A stretch of 64,000 nt of DNA from positions 1-64,000 of the IMG/VR virus record IMGVR_UViG_3300027820_000029. One strand, written 5' to 3'. Position 1 is the stretch's first letter. The number at the start of each line of letters is the position of its first letter. The notes below the pieces were generated by a model. It was given only the letters and a program-made list of their open reading frames with translations, ran no database searches and was not told the origin of the DNA. The position numbers and the translations under genes are program-made. The DNA comes from a virus. Taxonomy: Duplodnaviria > Caudoviricetes. Below are positions 1 through 8,132 of the stretch, piece after piece.

Positions 1-94
1 GATCTTGTGCTTCATAGGGTGAACCATCTTCTCTTTGTGTTGGAGGAGTCCAGTTAATTTCTGTTACTGGATTTCCAGCTTTTTCAAATATCAT
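1..94 (-). CDS. 5' part of a hypothetical protein (runs off left edge), MIFEKAGNPVTEINWTPPTQREDGSP...
   Basis: ATG at 94 with AAAGGAGA RBS at 99-106; frame open to window edge (read manually). Confidence 0.7.
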   Translation of the reverse strand, partial: MIFEKAGNPVTEINWTPPTQREDGSPYEAQD

Positions 95-109
95 AATTTC
101 TCCTTTATA

Positions 110-186
110 TGGTTGCCACGGCAAGATTTGAACTTGCAAAACACCTCATTTGTGAGAGGTAGGTATACCATTCCCTTCACGTGGCT
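110..186 (-). tRNA. tRNA of uncertain isotype (8-nt anticodon loop TCACAAAT), encoded CCA
   Basis: GCCACG/CGTGGC acceptor, GCAAG-TTCAAAT-CTTGC T arm, ACCTC/GAGGT anticodon stem, 3' ACCA. Confidence 0.7.
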
Positions 187-199
187 ATTATTTTAATAG

Positions 200-285
200 T
201 AGGGGTAGGCGGACTCGAACCGCCACGGAGATTTATCTCCAGCAGATTTTAAGTCTGATTCGGCTACCTATTACGACATACCCCT
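200..285 (-). tRNA. tRNA-Leu(TAA), class II
   Basis: AGGGGTA/TACCCCT acceptor, CT-TAA-AA loop, long variable arm, GGCGG-TTCGAGT-CCGCC T arm; no CCA. Confidence 0.92.
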
Positions 286-292
286 AAAATAA

Positions 293-913
293 TTATTTAT
301 TTAGTGATTTTTTACATCTTCTAAATGTAGGTGTTTGTGCATGGCAATTTGGACATAGAAGTCTTAAATTACTTAAATTATTATTTAGATTATTACCATC
401 TATATGGTCTAATTCTAAAGATAAATCATTATTTAGCCAATTAAAAATATTACATATATTACATTTATATTCCAATAAATTTTCTTTTATTAATCTATTT
501 TTTAGATTATATGATTTAAGAGGAAATTCATTATTTAAATAACTTTCTATAGGTCTACCTTTATTTCCTCCTTTATGATTTTCTCCTTGATTAGCTGCTT
601 TTCCTAAAAAATGATTTGTGTTTATATTTAATTCTTTTACTTTTTTATGAAAAGTACTATAATTTCCACCTGCAGGTATAATATTTAATTTTAATAAAAC
701 TTGTCTAATACTTGTACTTTCATTACAGGCAATTATAAATTCTTCATCTGTATAAGATGATTTAGAATACTTATTATGTAAATTTTCTTTTTTTATTTTA
801 TATGAAACAGAATTTTCTGTTCTATTTAAAATAGAACCAATCTCTTTATAAGTTAATCCATTACTTCTGTGTTCTTTAAGTAATTTTATTTCTTCTTGAG
901 TCCATCTTTTCAT
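293..913 (-). CDS. HNH homing endonuclease with N-terminal Myb-like HTH (RWTQEE)
   Basis: C-x2-C ... LELDHIDGNNLNN..NLRLLCPNCH HNH motif; located inside tRNA cluster. Confidence 0.88.
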   Translation of the reverse strand: MKRWTQEEIKLLKEHRSNGLTYKEIGSILNRTENSVSYKIKKENLHNKYSKSSYTDEEFIIACNESTSIRQVLLKLNIIPAGGNYSTFHKKVKELNINTNHFLGKAANQGENHKGGNKGRPIESYLNNEFPLKSYNLKNRLIKENLLEYKCNICNIFNWLNNDLSLELDHIDGNNLNNNLSNLRLLCPNCHAQTPTFRRCKKSLNK

Positions 914-939
914 TTTTATTCCTTATCGAATATTAAAAG

Positions 940-990
940 TAGACTAGCCAATGGATAAGCATTGGCAGGGTCGCTAAACCTTTTCGTCTA
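940..990 (-). promoter_or_regulatory. Endonuclease-leader three-way-junction motif, copy A
   Basis: TAGAC-GAAAAGG-tttagcga-CCCTG-CCAATG-cttatc-CATTGG-CTA-GTCTA upstream of RBS of 293..913. Confidence 0.75.
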
Positions 991-1002
991 TATCTCTTTT
1001 AA

Positions 1003-1182
1003 TTAAGTTGTAAATTCATACTCTCCAACTACATTGCCGAATAGTGTATCTCCATCCTTTATAGAAATACCCTCTTTTATTGCTTCTAATGTTTCTTGAA
1101 AAGACTCTTTAAATTCTTCTTTATCTATAGGTTTTAATGACTGGAAGGTAATAACAAACCGCCCTTTTACATTACTTTTCAT
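1003..1182 (-). CDS. hypothetical protein
   Basis: ORF track 1003..1263; likely start MKSNVK at 1182. Confidence 0.55.
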   Translation of the reverse strand: MKSNVKGRFVITFQSLKPIDKEEFKESFQETLEAIKEGISIKDGDTLFGNVVGEYEFTT

Positions 1183-1207
1183 AAATATCCTTTTTATTAT
1201 GTTCTTT

Positions 1208-1486
1208 CTACCACCAATATTCCTTTGGCCTTCTAGCCAAAGGAAATTCCGGGGCATCATCATAATTTATTAGTTTTTTAGTTCTTTCTTCTAATGCCTT
1301 TTCTTTAGCTCTATGTGGTCTGATATGGTACAATTTTTTAAACCACCTCGGACCTTTATCAATGGCGTAACCTTTAAAGCCTTTATCAGAAAAATGCTTA
1401 GCAATTTGTTGCTTTTCGTACTTCGCATTATGCTTATTTTCCCAGATAAAAGCTTCTTCTAATCTTTTTCTATATGTTCTTGACAT
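1208..1486 (-). CDS. hypothetical protein (MSRTYRK... basic phage family)
   Basis: ORF track; GGAGA RBS before ATG at 1486. Confidence 0.7.
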   Translation of the reverse strand: MSRTYRKRLEEAFIWENKHNAKYEKQQIAKHFSDKGFKGYAIDKGPRWFKKLYHIRPHRAKEKALEERTKKLINYDDAPEFPLARRPKEYWW

Positions 1487-1574
1487 TTTGATATCTCCTG
1501 TACTACAGATAGATATCATCCTTCCATTTTAGAATCATATTATTACTCCTTAAAAATAAAATTATACTTTACTT

Positions 1575-1746
1575 AAAAAATTACTAAGCATTCACAACTC
1601 TAGCTACATTTGTTATGTTGTGTAATTGTTAGTTGGTCATGACTCCAACATCTAGAAACGCTAAAACTATTACTCCCCAATTACACCAGTTTTGGGAATC
1701 GAACCCATTGGATCATCACTTTAGTATTAGTACTTAGTAATTTTTT
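1575..1746 (-). ncRNA. candidate structured ncRNA with tRNA-like T arm
   Basis: 16-bp closing stem, TGGG-TTCGATT-CCCA hairpin, GTGTAATTG/CAATTACAC helix, GTTGG/CCAAC hairpin; lies in tRNA cluster with no ORF. Confidence 0.5.
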
Positions 1747-1752
1747 AAATAT

Positions 1753-1821
1753 TGTTCCTACAGGGATTCGAACCCTGGTTTTCAGCTTGAGTAGCTAATG
1801 TCCTCACTAGACGATAGGAAC
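1753..1821 (-). tRNA. tRNA-Glu(CTC), short D loop, A at position 33
   Basis: GTTCCTA/TAGGAAC acceptor, TTAGC-TACTCAA-GCTGA anticodon arm, CAGGG-TTCGAAT-CCCTG T arm. Confidence 0.8.
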
Positions 1822-2012
1822 TCTTTTTCTAAAAGTTCTGCTAAAATATCTAAAGTATTTTGTGGAACCATTAATTTTTGTTCTTTAAAAGAGTTTGAAC
1901 AGGCTTTTATATAATTTATAGTTACTCTTATTCCATTTTGTTCGCCTGCTATATATGCCTTAGTAAATTCTTCTTTTAATTTTTCTCTAACTTTTGTATC
2001 TTCTATATTCAT
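1782..2012 (-). CDS. hypothetical protein overlapping 5' half of tRNA-Glu
   Basis: ORF track; stop codon lies inside the tRNA. Confidence 0.55.
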   Translation of the reverse strand: MNIEDTKVREKLKEEFTKAYIAGEQNGIRVTINYIKACSNSFKEQKLMVPQNTLDILAELLEKEFLSSSEDISYSS

Positions 2013-2021
2013 AATTTGTGC

Positions 2022-2093
2022 AGCTCCTACCAGGAATCAAACCTGGTTCTATTGGTTACAAGTCAATTGCATCATCATTTATGCTTTAGGAGC
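2022..2093 (-). tRNA. tRNA-Thr(TGT)
   Basis: GCTCCTA/TAGGAGC acceptor, CT-TGT-AA loop, CCAGG-TTTGATT-CCTGG T arm (T for C in loop), A at position 8. Confidence 0.8.
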
Positions 2094-2115
2094 ATATTTT
2101 ATCTCTCTACTAGAA

Positions 2116-2385
2116 TTAATTGTTTAACAGTTTTTGTTCAGTTACTTCTTCTACTACATGCATCTTATTTAAATTAACATTACATTTAATAAGCTGTAAA
2201 CAATCTACTTCTCCAATATACATATGTTCTTCTATTATTTCAAATTTATACTCATTAAAAAATTTAGATGATGAAAATATTTCTGGCAGACTAGATAAAT
2301 AGGGACCTTTATCCATATCTTTTCCTAAGAAGAAATTACTTCCATCCTTAAAATATACTTTAATAAAATATGCATTTTTAAACAT
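2116..2385 (-). CDS. hypothetical protein
   Basis: ORF track, packed in minus-strand operon. Confidence 0.6.
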   Translation of the reverse strand: MFKNAYFIKVYFKDGSNFFLGKDMDKGPYLSSLPEIFSSSKFFNEYKFEIIEEHMYIGEVDCLQLIKCNVNLNKMHVVEEVTEQKLLNN

Positions 2386-2737
2386 AATTAAATTCTTCTA
2401 TAGAAGGTTCAGAATCTGTACCATAAGTACAGTCAGAAGCATATTTCTCATCCCAAGGAGTGAACCAATATTCAGCTGCTTCTCCTATTTCTTCCCTTAC
2501 AATTTCATAGTAAAGATTTTCATCCCATTCATTTTCTTCTTTAAATTCTTCTTCGGTAGTCCCAAAGCCATGCATTCCATGCATATTTTCAGAAATTTCT
2601 CTAGCTTTTTCATATAATTCATCACAGAATTCACTTTCTATTTTATCTTTAGACCAAGTATCTGGATAAGTTACTATAGCTTTAATAGCTTCCATGTTAG
2701 TATAACAACCATATTCACAAAAATATTCTTTAATCAT
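2378..2737 (-). CDS. acidic hypothetical protein
   Basis: ORF track, overlaps neighbour. Confidence 0.65.
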   Translation of the reverse strand: MIKEYFCEYGCYTNMEAIKAIVTYPDTWSKDKIESEFCDELYEKAREISENMHGMHGFGTTEEEFKEENEWDENLYYEIVREEIGEAAEYWFTPWDEKYASDCTYGTDSEPSIEEFNYV

Positions 2738-2885
2738 TAGTCAATCTCTCAAATTGTTCTTTAGCAGTTTCATATGTTGTACCATTAAATTCCCAGTAGA
2801 TAATTTTATCTAATGTTCCTTGTATTTGATAATGATACTGTCATAAGGTAAGTCTATGTTTCGATTCTAAAAAATATGGGTACAT
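2730..2885 (-). pseudogene. small ORF interrupted by one in-frame TGA (2841-2843)
   Basis: MYPYFLESKHRLTL*QYHYQIQGTLDKIIYWEFNGTTYETAKEQFERLTND; first ORF after promoter 2917-2945. Confidence 0.45.
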
Positions 2886-2916
2886 TTTGTGCGCCTTTTG
2901 TTAATTCAATATAAAT

Positions 2917-2945
2917 ATTATACAGAAATTAGGGTTATAAGTCAA
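2917..2945 (-). promoter_or_regulatory. sigma70-type early promoter
   Basis: TTGACT-N17-TATAAT. Confidence 0.85.
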
Positions 2946-2948
2946 GAC

Positions 2949-3161
2949 TTATTTTTTCGATTCTTTCTGAGTTTCCTTATATAGTTTTATCACAGTTTTT
3001 ACAAAAGGGTCAACAAGTTCTTCCTTTATATTATTAACGGGTATATATACTTTACAATTATCTAGTTGTATTTCTATAAAAGATATTTTAGGTGACAATC
3101 GTGGTACTCGCTGAAATAATCTATTTAAAAGCGCCTTTGATTGTTTACCTTTAATATCCAT
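2949..3161 (-). CDS. hypothetical protein
   Basis: ORF track, coupled to upstream stop. Confidence 0.6.
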   Translation of the reverse strand: MDIKGKQSKALLNRLFQRVPRLSPKISFIEIQLDNCKVYIPVNNIKEELVDPFVKTVIKLYKETQKESKK

Positions 3162-3529
3162 TATAAATACTCTAATAGATCTTCGTTTTTCTTATCTAGT
3201 TTTTTCCACGTTTCCATATTCATAGGAATATGCTTAATATTTAATCCTTTATATGCTCGTAGCATGCGTTTTAGCTTTCGTTTTGTTGTAGTTTTATCAA
3301 ATGAATAATTCCAATAAAATCCATCTACTTCGCCTTGAGCTTTAGGTACATATAAACAAAAATCATATTGATTTCTAGTAGGTACATCAAACCAAAAAAG
3401 AATATGATATTTATTTCTAAAATGTACTCTAAGTCTAGGCATAATTTGAATAAGATTTTTCTTATAATTATACATCATATATCCAGGATATTCTCCTGAA
3501 AACTCACATACTTTTTCAATACTAGCCAT
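3161..3529 (-). CDS. hypothetical protein
   Basis: ORF track. Confidence 0.65.
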   Translation of the reverse strand: MASIEKVCEFSGEYPGYMMYNYKKNLIQIMPRLRVHFRNKYHILFWFDVPTRNQYDFCLYVPKAQGEVDGFYWNYSFDKTTTKRKLKRMLRAYKGLNIKHIPMNMETWKKLDKKNEDLLEYL

Positions 3530-3793
3530 TAACTAAATACCCTTCTAATTAATGTTGCTGACACACATAATCCTAGTGCAAAAATAAATACAGAAAATAT
3601 ACCAATAAGAGGTAAAAATGGCAGAAAGGGTAAAATTAATATATCCATTACCAACACCTATAATCGGTAATATTTTTCTCTTTCTTACATTTACGACATT
3701 TAATATAAATTGTATTTCCAATACCTGTAGGATACACCATATACATTATACCACTTTTGCATTTTTTATAATGTTTTTCGCTAAAATTTTTTT

Positions 3794-4033
3794 CTATTTC
3801 TTTGATATATCCTGACAACATAATTCTGTTTCTTCCCTTAATTTAATTACATCTTCTATTTTTGCATTTCTCCACACAAAAATATCATATGGTTCTATTT
3901 CTATATAACCACCTAAACTATAATCATATTCACCAATAAGCCTCTCCTCTACTTGTAAAATAAGTATATAACTTCTAAAAAGACGTTTTTGTACTATGTA
4001 TCTAGTTTTACCTGTTAAATTTTTACTATCCAT
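3794..4033 (-). CDS. hypothetical protein
   Basis: ORF track. Confidence 0.6.
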   Translation of the reverse strand: MDSKNLTGKTRYIVQKRLFRSYILILQVEERLIGEYDYSLGGYIEIEPYDIFVWRNAKIEDVIKLREETELCCQDISKK

Positions 4034-4051
4034 GCATTTCCTTGGTAGGTA

Positions 4052-4255
4052 TTAGCATTTATTAATATATTCTTTTCTGCCTTCAAAGAGTTCTATATTA
4101 TTTTCACTTTCCCAGTATCTAAATATAAAACCTTTAATTTCTAAAAATAATATAGTTCTATCTAATTCTTTAATTATTTTCCATCTACCAGTTATGTCTA
4201 CAGGTACCCAAGTCCACCCATATTCTCCCCACCTAATTTTTTTATGTACTCGCAT
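4052..4255 (-). CDS. hypothetical protein
   Basis: ORF track. Confidence 0.55.
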   Translation of the reverse strand: MRVHKKIRWGEYGWTWVPVDITGRWKIIKELDRTILFLEIKGFIFRYWESENNIELFEGRKEYINKC

Positions 4256-4868
4256 ATTTAAATGTTTCAGTATTGCCTCCCTTTAATAAATTAGTATTAA
4301 CTTTTAAATGTTCTATATTAGAAAGCCATTCTGCTTCTAACTTCATTGCAGCATCACCAGTATCAAAATTTCTTTCTAATATAACTTCATAAGCTTTTAT
4401 AGATAAGTTATTATCTGTCATTCTTTCTTTTAATGTTTTAGATGTAACACCTATTTTATATAAATTATGTTTGGGTATGTATACTAGATATGTAATACCT
4501 GGTTTATCACTAGATATTTTGCCAGTATTATTTTTAACACCACAATGCCCATCCCCTCTCAATTTAGAATTAGGTTCACATAAATATTCTGTATTGCAAA
4601 GTAAACATTTATGTAAAATTTTTGTATGGGCATTTATATAATCTTCTATTCGTATTGTATTTGGATTCTTAATCAAGAGCTCAGCATCATATTCTTTATT
4701 TGTTTTTGACATTTTATTATTTTTACTTTTCAATCCTACTTTTTTTGCCTGTTTTCCTATTGCGCCAGGACTTCTATCTAGCACTTCAGCTATATCTTTA
4801 TATAATAATCCTTCATTTACTAACATTATTAAAATTTCTCTATCTTCTTGTGTCCATAATTTACTCAT
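4242..4868 (-). CDS. putative homing endonuclease: 1 Myb-like HTH + Cys module + GIY-YIG/T5orf172-like domain
   Basis: LWTQED repeat; KILHKCLLC..C; GITYLVY...LYKIGVTS...LEAEWL; paralogous to 5737, 9272, 11931. Confidence 0.72.
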   Translation of the reverse strand: MSKLWTQEDREILIMLVNEGLLYKDIAEVLDRSPGAIGKQAKKVGLKSKNNKMSKTNKEYDAELLIKNPNTIRIEDYINAHTKILHKCLLCNTEYLCEPNSKLRGDGHCGVKNNTGKISSDKPGITYLVYIPKHNLYKIGVTSKTLKERMTDNNLSIKAYEVILERNFDTGDAAMKLEAEWLSNIEHLKVNTNLLKGGNTETFKYAST

Positions 4869-4893
4869 TTTTATTCCTTATCGAATATTAAAA

Positions 4894-4944
4894 GTAGACT
4901 AGCCAATGGATAAGCATTGGCAGGGATATCTCCTTTTCATCTAC
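4894..4944 (-). promoter_or_regulatory. Endonuclease-leader three-way-junction motif, copy B
   Basis: GTAGAT-GAAAAGG-agatat-CCCTG-CCAATG-cttatc-CATTGG-CTA-GTCTAC. Confidence 0.75.
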
Positions 4945-4963
4945 ATCTCTTTTAATTAGGGTT

Positions 4964-5048
4964 TTCGGCTACGGAGGAATCGAACCTCATACCCTCCACC
5001 TAGCGTTTAGGGTTCGGCTTAGAAGACCGAGGCCAGGGGCATAGCCGA
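4964..5048 (-). tRNA. atypical tRNA-Arg(TCT): vestigial D arm, long extra arm
   Basis: TCGGCTA/TAGCCGA acceptor (extendable), TCGGT-CTTCTAA-GCCGA anticodon arm, ACCCT/AGGGT extra arm, GAGG-TTCGATT-CCTC T arm. Confidence 0.65.
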
Positions 5049-5070
5049 AATCATCTCCATCACTGGGAGT

Positions 5071-5292
5071 TTAATCTTTAATACTAGAATAATGCTCGCC
5101 TGTTGGACCATTTTGACCTATTATATCTATCCTAGATATTTTCCTAGTAGGAGGGTCAATCAGTTGAATACTGCTATAATACATGCCTTTTCGCCACTCT
5201 ACAGCCTCTTGGTTATTCATCCAACGAGGTGGGCTAGTTTTATATAAATAGAAGTCTGCTATGCCTGTTAGAAATGCTTGTGACTTATCCAT
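5071..5292 (-). CDS. hypothetical protein
   Basis: ORF track. Confidence 0.6.
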   Translation of the reverse strand: MDKSQAFLTGIADFYLYKTSPPRWMNNQEAVEWRKGMYYSSIQLIDPPTRKISRIDIIGQNGPTGEHYSSIKD

Positions 5293-5457
5293 AATATCCT
5301 ATACCTATAACAGTTAAAAGTAAAATAATAACTGCAAGTAAAGTAACAGTTACTATACAGAAAATATCTTTACATCTATCCATAATATCCAGCCAATAGA
5401 ATTGCTGCCAATAATACGATTACTGTTATAACTACAGTTGCTGCTATACACATAACT

Positions 5458-5736
5458 TTATCCATATAATCCGCCAAAAATAAGGCCTAAGCCTACACTA
5501 GTAAGTATAATAACTTCCCAGGTTACTACTCTTTTAATATTTTCTTTCATCGGGTCTTTCTTTTCTGTCTCATAATCTTTAGATTGAGTATTACTAGCAC
5601 CGTGTTCTTTTAAATAGAATTCTACTTCATATAAATAGTCAAAACATTTATTTCTTTCTATTGTCGGCAATATGGATGTATCCTGTATAATATTTTTAAG
5701 CTTTTCTAAACTCTTCATCGCTGAATTTACATTCAT
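5458..5736 (-). CDS. hypothetical protein with C-terminal TM segment
   Basis: ORF track; hydrophobic C-terminus. Confidence 0.6.
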   Translation of the reverse strand: MNVNSAMKSLEKLKNIIQDTSILPTIERNKCFDYLYEVEFYLKEHGASNTQSKDYETEKKDPMKENIKRVVTWEVIILTSVGLGLIFGGLYG

Positions 5737-6624
5737 TCATTTATTCTCCAATCTAAACGTTTCTGTATTGCCACTATTAAGTAATCCTGTGTTAACTTTT
5801 AAATACTGTATATTAGAAAGCCATTCTGCTTCCAATTCCATCGCGTTTATTCCTTTATCAAAATGTCTTTCTAATATAACTTCATAATCTTTTATGCCAA
5901 TGTCCTTCATTCTTTTCTTTACTGTTCTAGATGTAATTCCTATTTTATAGAGCTTTTCATTCGGAAAATGTATTAGATAAGCTATGCCTGGTTTATCTTT
6001 AGGTATTCCATTAAGTTGTCTACCACAATGTCCATGCCCCTCTAATTTATGATTAGGAGCGCATAGATATTCTGTCCCGCAGATTAAACATTTATGTAGA
6101 ATCTTCGTGTTTGCTCCTTTATACTCTTCAATTCTTATTGTATCTGGGTTTTTAATTCTGAGCTCGGCATCATATTTTTCATTGGTTTTTATTCTATTAC
6201 TTTTTAATTCTAAGTTATTTGTCTTAGCTTTTATTGCACTAGTACTTCTACCTAATAAAAGTCCTATATCCTTATGCATAGTACCTACTTTTATTTCTTT
6301 TCTTAATACTTCTTCTTCATTTTTAGTCCAATTTTTTCTTCCTATACCTAATTTAAATACTTTAAATTCTATTGCTTTTATACTTCTGTCTACTACTTCA
6401 GCTATATCTTTATAGGGTAATCCTTCATTTACTAACATTATTAATATTTCTATATCTTCTTCAGTCCATTTTTTATTTTTACTTATTTTTAATTTTCGTG
6501 CTTTTTCACCTACTGCTCTATAACTTCTATCTAATATTTCAGCTATATCTTTATGCATAGTACCCAATTCTATTTGTTCTTTTAATACTTTTACATCATC
6601 TTCTGTCCATAGTCTTCTACTCAT
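5737..6624 (-). CDS. putative homing endonuclease: 3 Myb-like HTH repeats + Cys module + GIY-YIG/T5orf172-like domain
   Basis: WTEDD/WTEED/WTKNE repeats; GIAYLIHF...LYKIGITS; paralogue family. Confidence 0.75.
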   Translation of the reverse strand: MSRRLWTEDDVKVLKEQIELGTMHKDIAEILDRSYRAVGEKARKLKISKNKKWTEEDIEILIMLVNEGLPYKDIAEVVDRSIKAIEFKVFKLGIGRKNWTKNEEEVLRKEIKVGTMHKDIGLLLGRSTSAIKAKTNNLELKSNRIKTNEKYDAELRIKNPDTIRIEEYKGANTKILHKCLICGTEYLCAPNHKLEGHGHCGRQLNGIPKDKPGIAYLIHFPNEKLYKIGITSRTVKKRMKDIGIKDYEVILERHFDKGINAMELEAEWLSNIQYLKVNTGLLNSGNTETFRLENK

Positions 6625-6658
6625 TTTTATTACTCCTTATTAGTTTTATATAATAAAA

Positions 6659-6711
6659 GAGAGCTAGATAATAAATAAGGTATTATCAGGGAGATCAGCC
6701 TTTTCGCTCTC
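6659..6711 (-). promoter_or_regulatory. Endonuclease-leader three-way-junction motif, copy C
   Basis: GAGAGC-GAAAAGG-ctgatct-CCCTG-ATAATA-ccttatt-TATTAT-CTA-GCTCTC. Confidence 0.75.
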
Positions 6712-6742
6712 AAATATTTTTTAAATTTTTATTTAATCGTAC

Positions 6743-6771
6743 ATTATAACAAAATATAAGCTTAGTGTCAA
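6743..6771 (-). promoter_or_regulatory. sigma70-type early promoter
   Basis: TTGACA-N17-TATAAT, immediately upstream of motif C. Confidence 0.88.
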
Positions 6772-6838
6772 GCTCTATTTTTTGGATGCTTGTTCAAATT
6801 TTTCGTAGTTAACTAAACTAGGCCGAGTAGTATTTACT

Positions 6839-7039
6839 TTATAATTCATCTCTAAATTTAATAAATCTATTTAATCCTAAAGATATCATAATAATAGTAA
6901 TTACATAAGATGTTGCTAGTATTTCTATAGCAAATATTGTATAATATTTTAATGCTAAAGCAGCACCAATAATATAAATTACTAATCCAATTACAATTAA
7001 TATATACCCAATTATTTTATTTCGTATAATGTTCAACAT
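6839..7039 (-). CDS. small membrane protein (2 TM)
   Basis: ORF track; two hydrophobic stretches. Confidence 0.6.
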   Translation of the reverse strand: MLNIIRNKIIGYILIVIGLVIYIIGAALALKYYTIFAIEILATSYVITIIMISLGLNRFIKFRDEL

Positions 7040-7544
7040 ATTGTTTCCAATCCTTATGCTTGATTTCTTTATATTTTAACATTTTAACTACTAACTCATG
7101 ATAAGTAGGTCTATAAGGCCTATGCTTTGGAATAATATTATGATTATTCTTTTTAGCTTGATTACATTTTTTACATGCTGTAACTGAATTTGTCCAGCTA
7201 TGCCTGCCACCATGACTTTTAGGTTTTACATGATCTATAGTTAAAGATCGTGCAGAAAATCTAGTATGGCAATATTGACAAGTAAAATTATCTCTTAATT
7301 TTAAATTAAACTTAGACCATTTAGCATATACTTTAAAATGTTTATAAGTAGCTAATACAATTACTGAAGGAACCTTATATTTTTCATTAATTGTACTTAC
7401 CCATTCATCTTCATAAAAAGAAACAGGTATAGCTATACCTTCATATATTTTTTTAAATGCTTTTTGCCAATGAATAGTAGAAAGAGGTACTAAATTCAAG
7501 GGCATATAGTCTGCATTTAACTCTAGTACCATTAAGTCTTTCAT
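7017..7544 (-). CDS. HNH endonuclease (McrA-like, LVLNADY-type)
   Basis: RDNFTCQYC...LTIDHVKPKSHGG..SWTNSVTACKKCN. Confidence 0.9.
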   Translation of the reverse strand: MKDLMVLELNADYMPLNLVPLSTIHWQKAFKKIYEGIAIPVSFYEDEWVSTINEKYKVPSVIVLATYKHFKVYAKWSKFNLKLRDNFTCQYCHTRFSARSLTIDHVKPKSHGGRHSWTNSVTACKKCNQAKKNNHNIIPKHRPYRPTYHELVVKMLKYKEIKHKDWKQYVEHYTK

Positions 7545-7635
7545 TACTATACAGCTAAATTAACTAGTATAACTAGAATAATGATTAATACTAGGGCCCA
7601 TATAAAGGGCTCTCTTACCTTTGTCGAAAAGAATT

Positions 7636-7872
7636 TCATTGTTTTTCCTTATTATGTGTAATTCTTACTTTTACATTATCTGCTAAATCAGATAAGTTAA
7701 ATCGTGTAAATTCATCTAAGTTAGGTTTACTAAGTTTGTCTTCAATAAATTTTAGCAGTGCTTCATCAGTAGCTATCTTAGCTTTTAAATCTTCTTTATT
7801 TGATATTAGTTTTGCCCCTATTCCTAATATAACTACTATACCTATAACTTTCCAAAATGTTACAATATTCAT
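7636..7872 (-). CDS. hypothetical protein, N-terminal TM anchor
   Basis: ORF track. Confidence 0.6.
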   Translation of the reverse strand: MNIVTFWKVIGIVVILGIGAKLISNKEDLKAKIATDEALLKFIEDKLSKPNLDEFTRFNLSDLADNVKVRITHNKEKQ

Positions 7873-8132
7873 TATTTCTTTAAAATCTCCACCTCAGTCA
7901 TCTTATCTATAAAGAAATTTCTAAAATTTGAGGATAAACCTACTTCCTTTATAGCAGATATATATTGTTTATGAATAGAGTCTAGAACATACATGAATTC
8001 TTCACGTTCTTCTGCTGTATATTCACTTAAATCTACACAAAACATCTTATCATCAATGATACCAATAGGATGTACAATACGTGTAGTTTTCTTACCTTTT
8101 AGGTCTGTATAGTTAAACCGCTTCATAATCAT
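7872..8132 (-). CDS. hypothetical protein
   Basis: ORF track. Confidence 0.65.
   Translation of the reverse strand: MIMKRFNYTDLKGKKTTRIVHPIGIIDDKMFCVDLSEYTAEEREEFMYVLDSIHKQYISAIKEVGLSSNFRNFFIDKMTEVEILKK

Noticed and set aside
940-990. Leader motif as a hammerhead ribozyme (three stems, GAAA followed by an A-U pair)
   Set aside because: The CUGANGA core is absent (only CUA) and the would-be cleavage nucleotide is G; at most a superficial resemblance.
1575-1746. tmRNA or a normal tRNA-Met/Ile(CAT)
   Set aside because: No acceptor stem with CCA after the T arm, no tag ORF, and arm order is not that of a tRNA.
2841-2843. Stop-codon reassignment (TGA recoding)
   Set aside because: TGA, TAG and TAA all terminate well-supported genes, and long genes are intact under the standard code.
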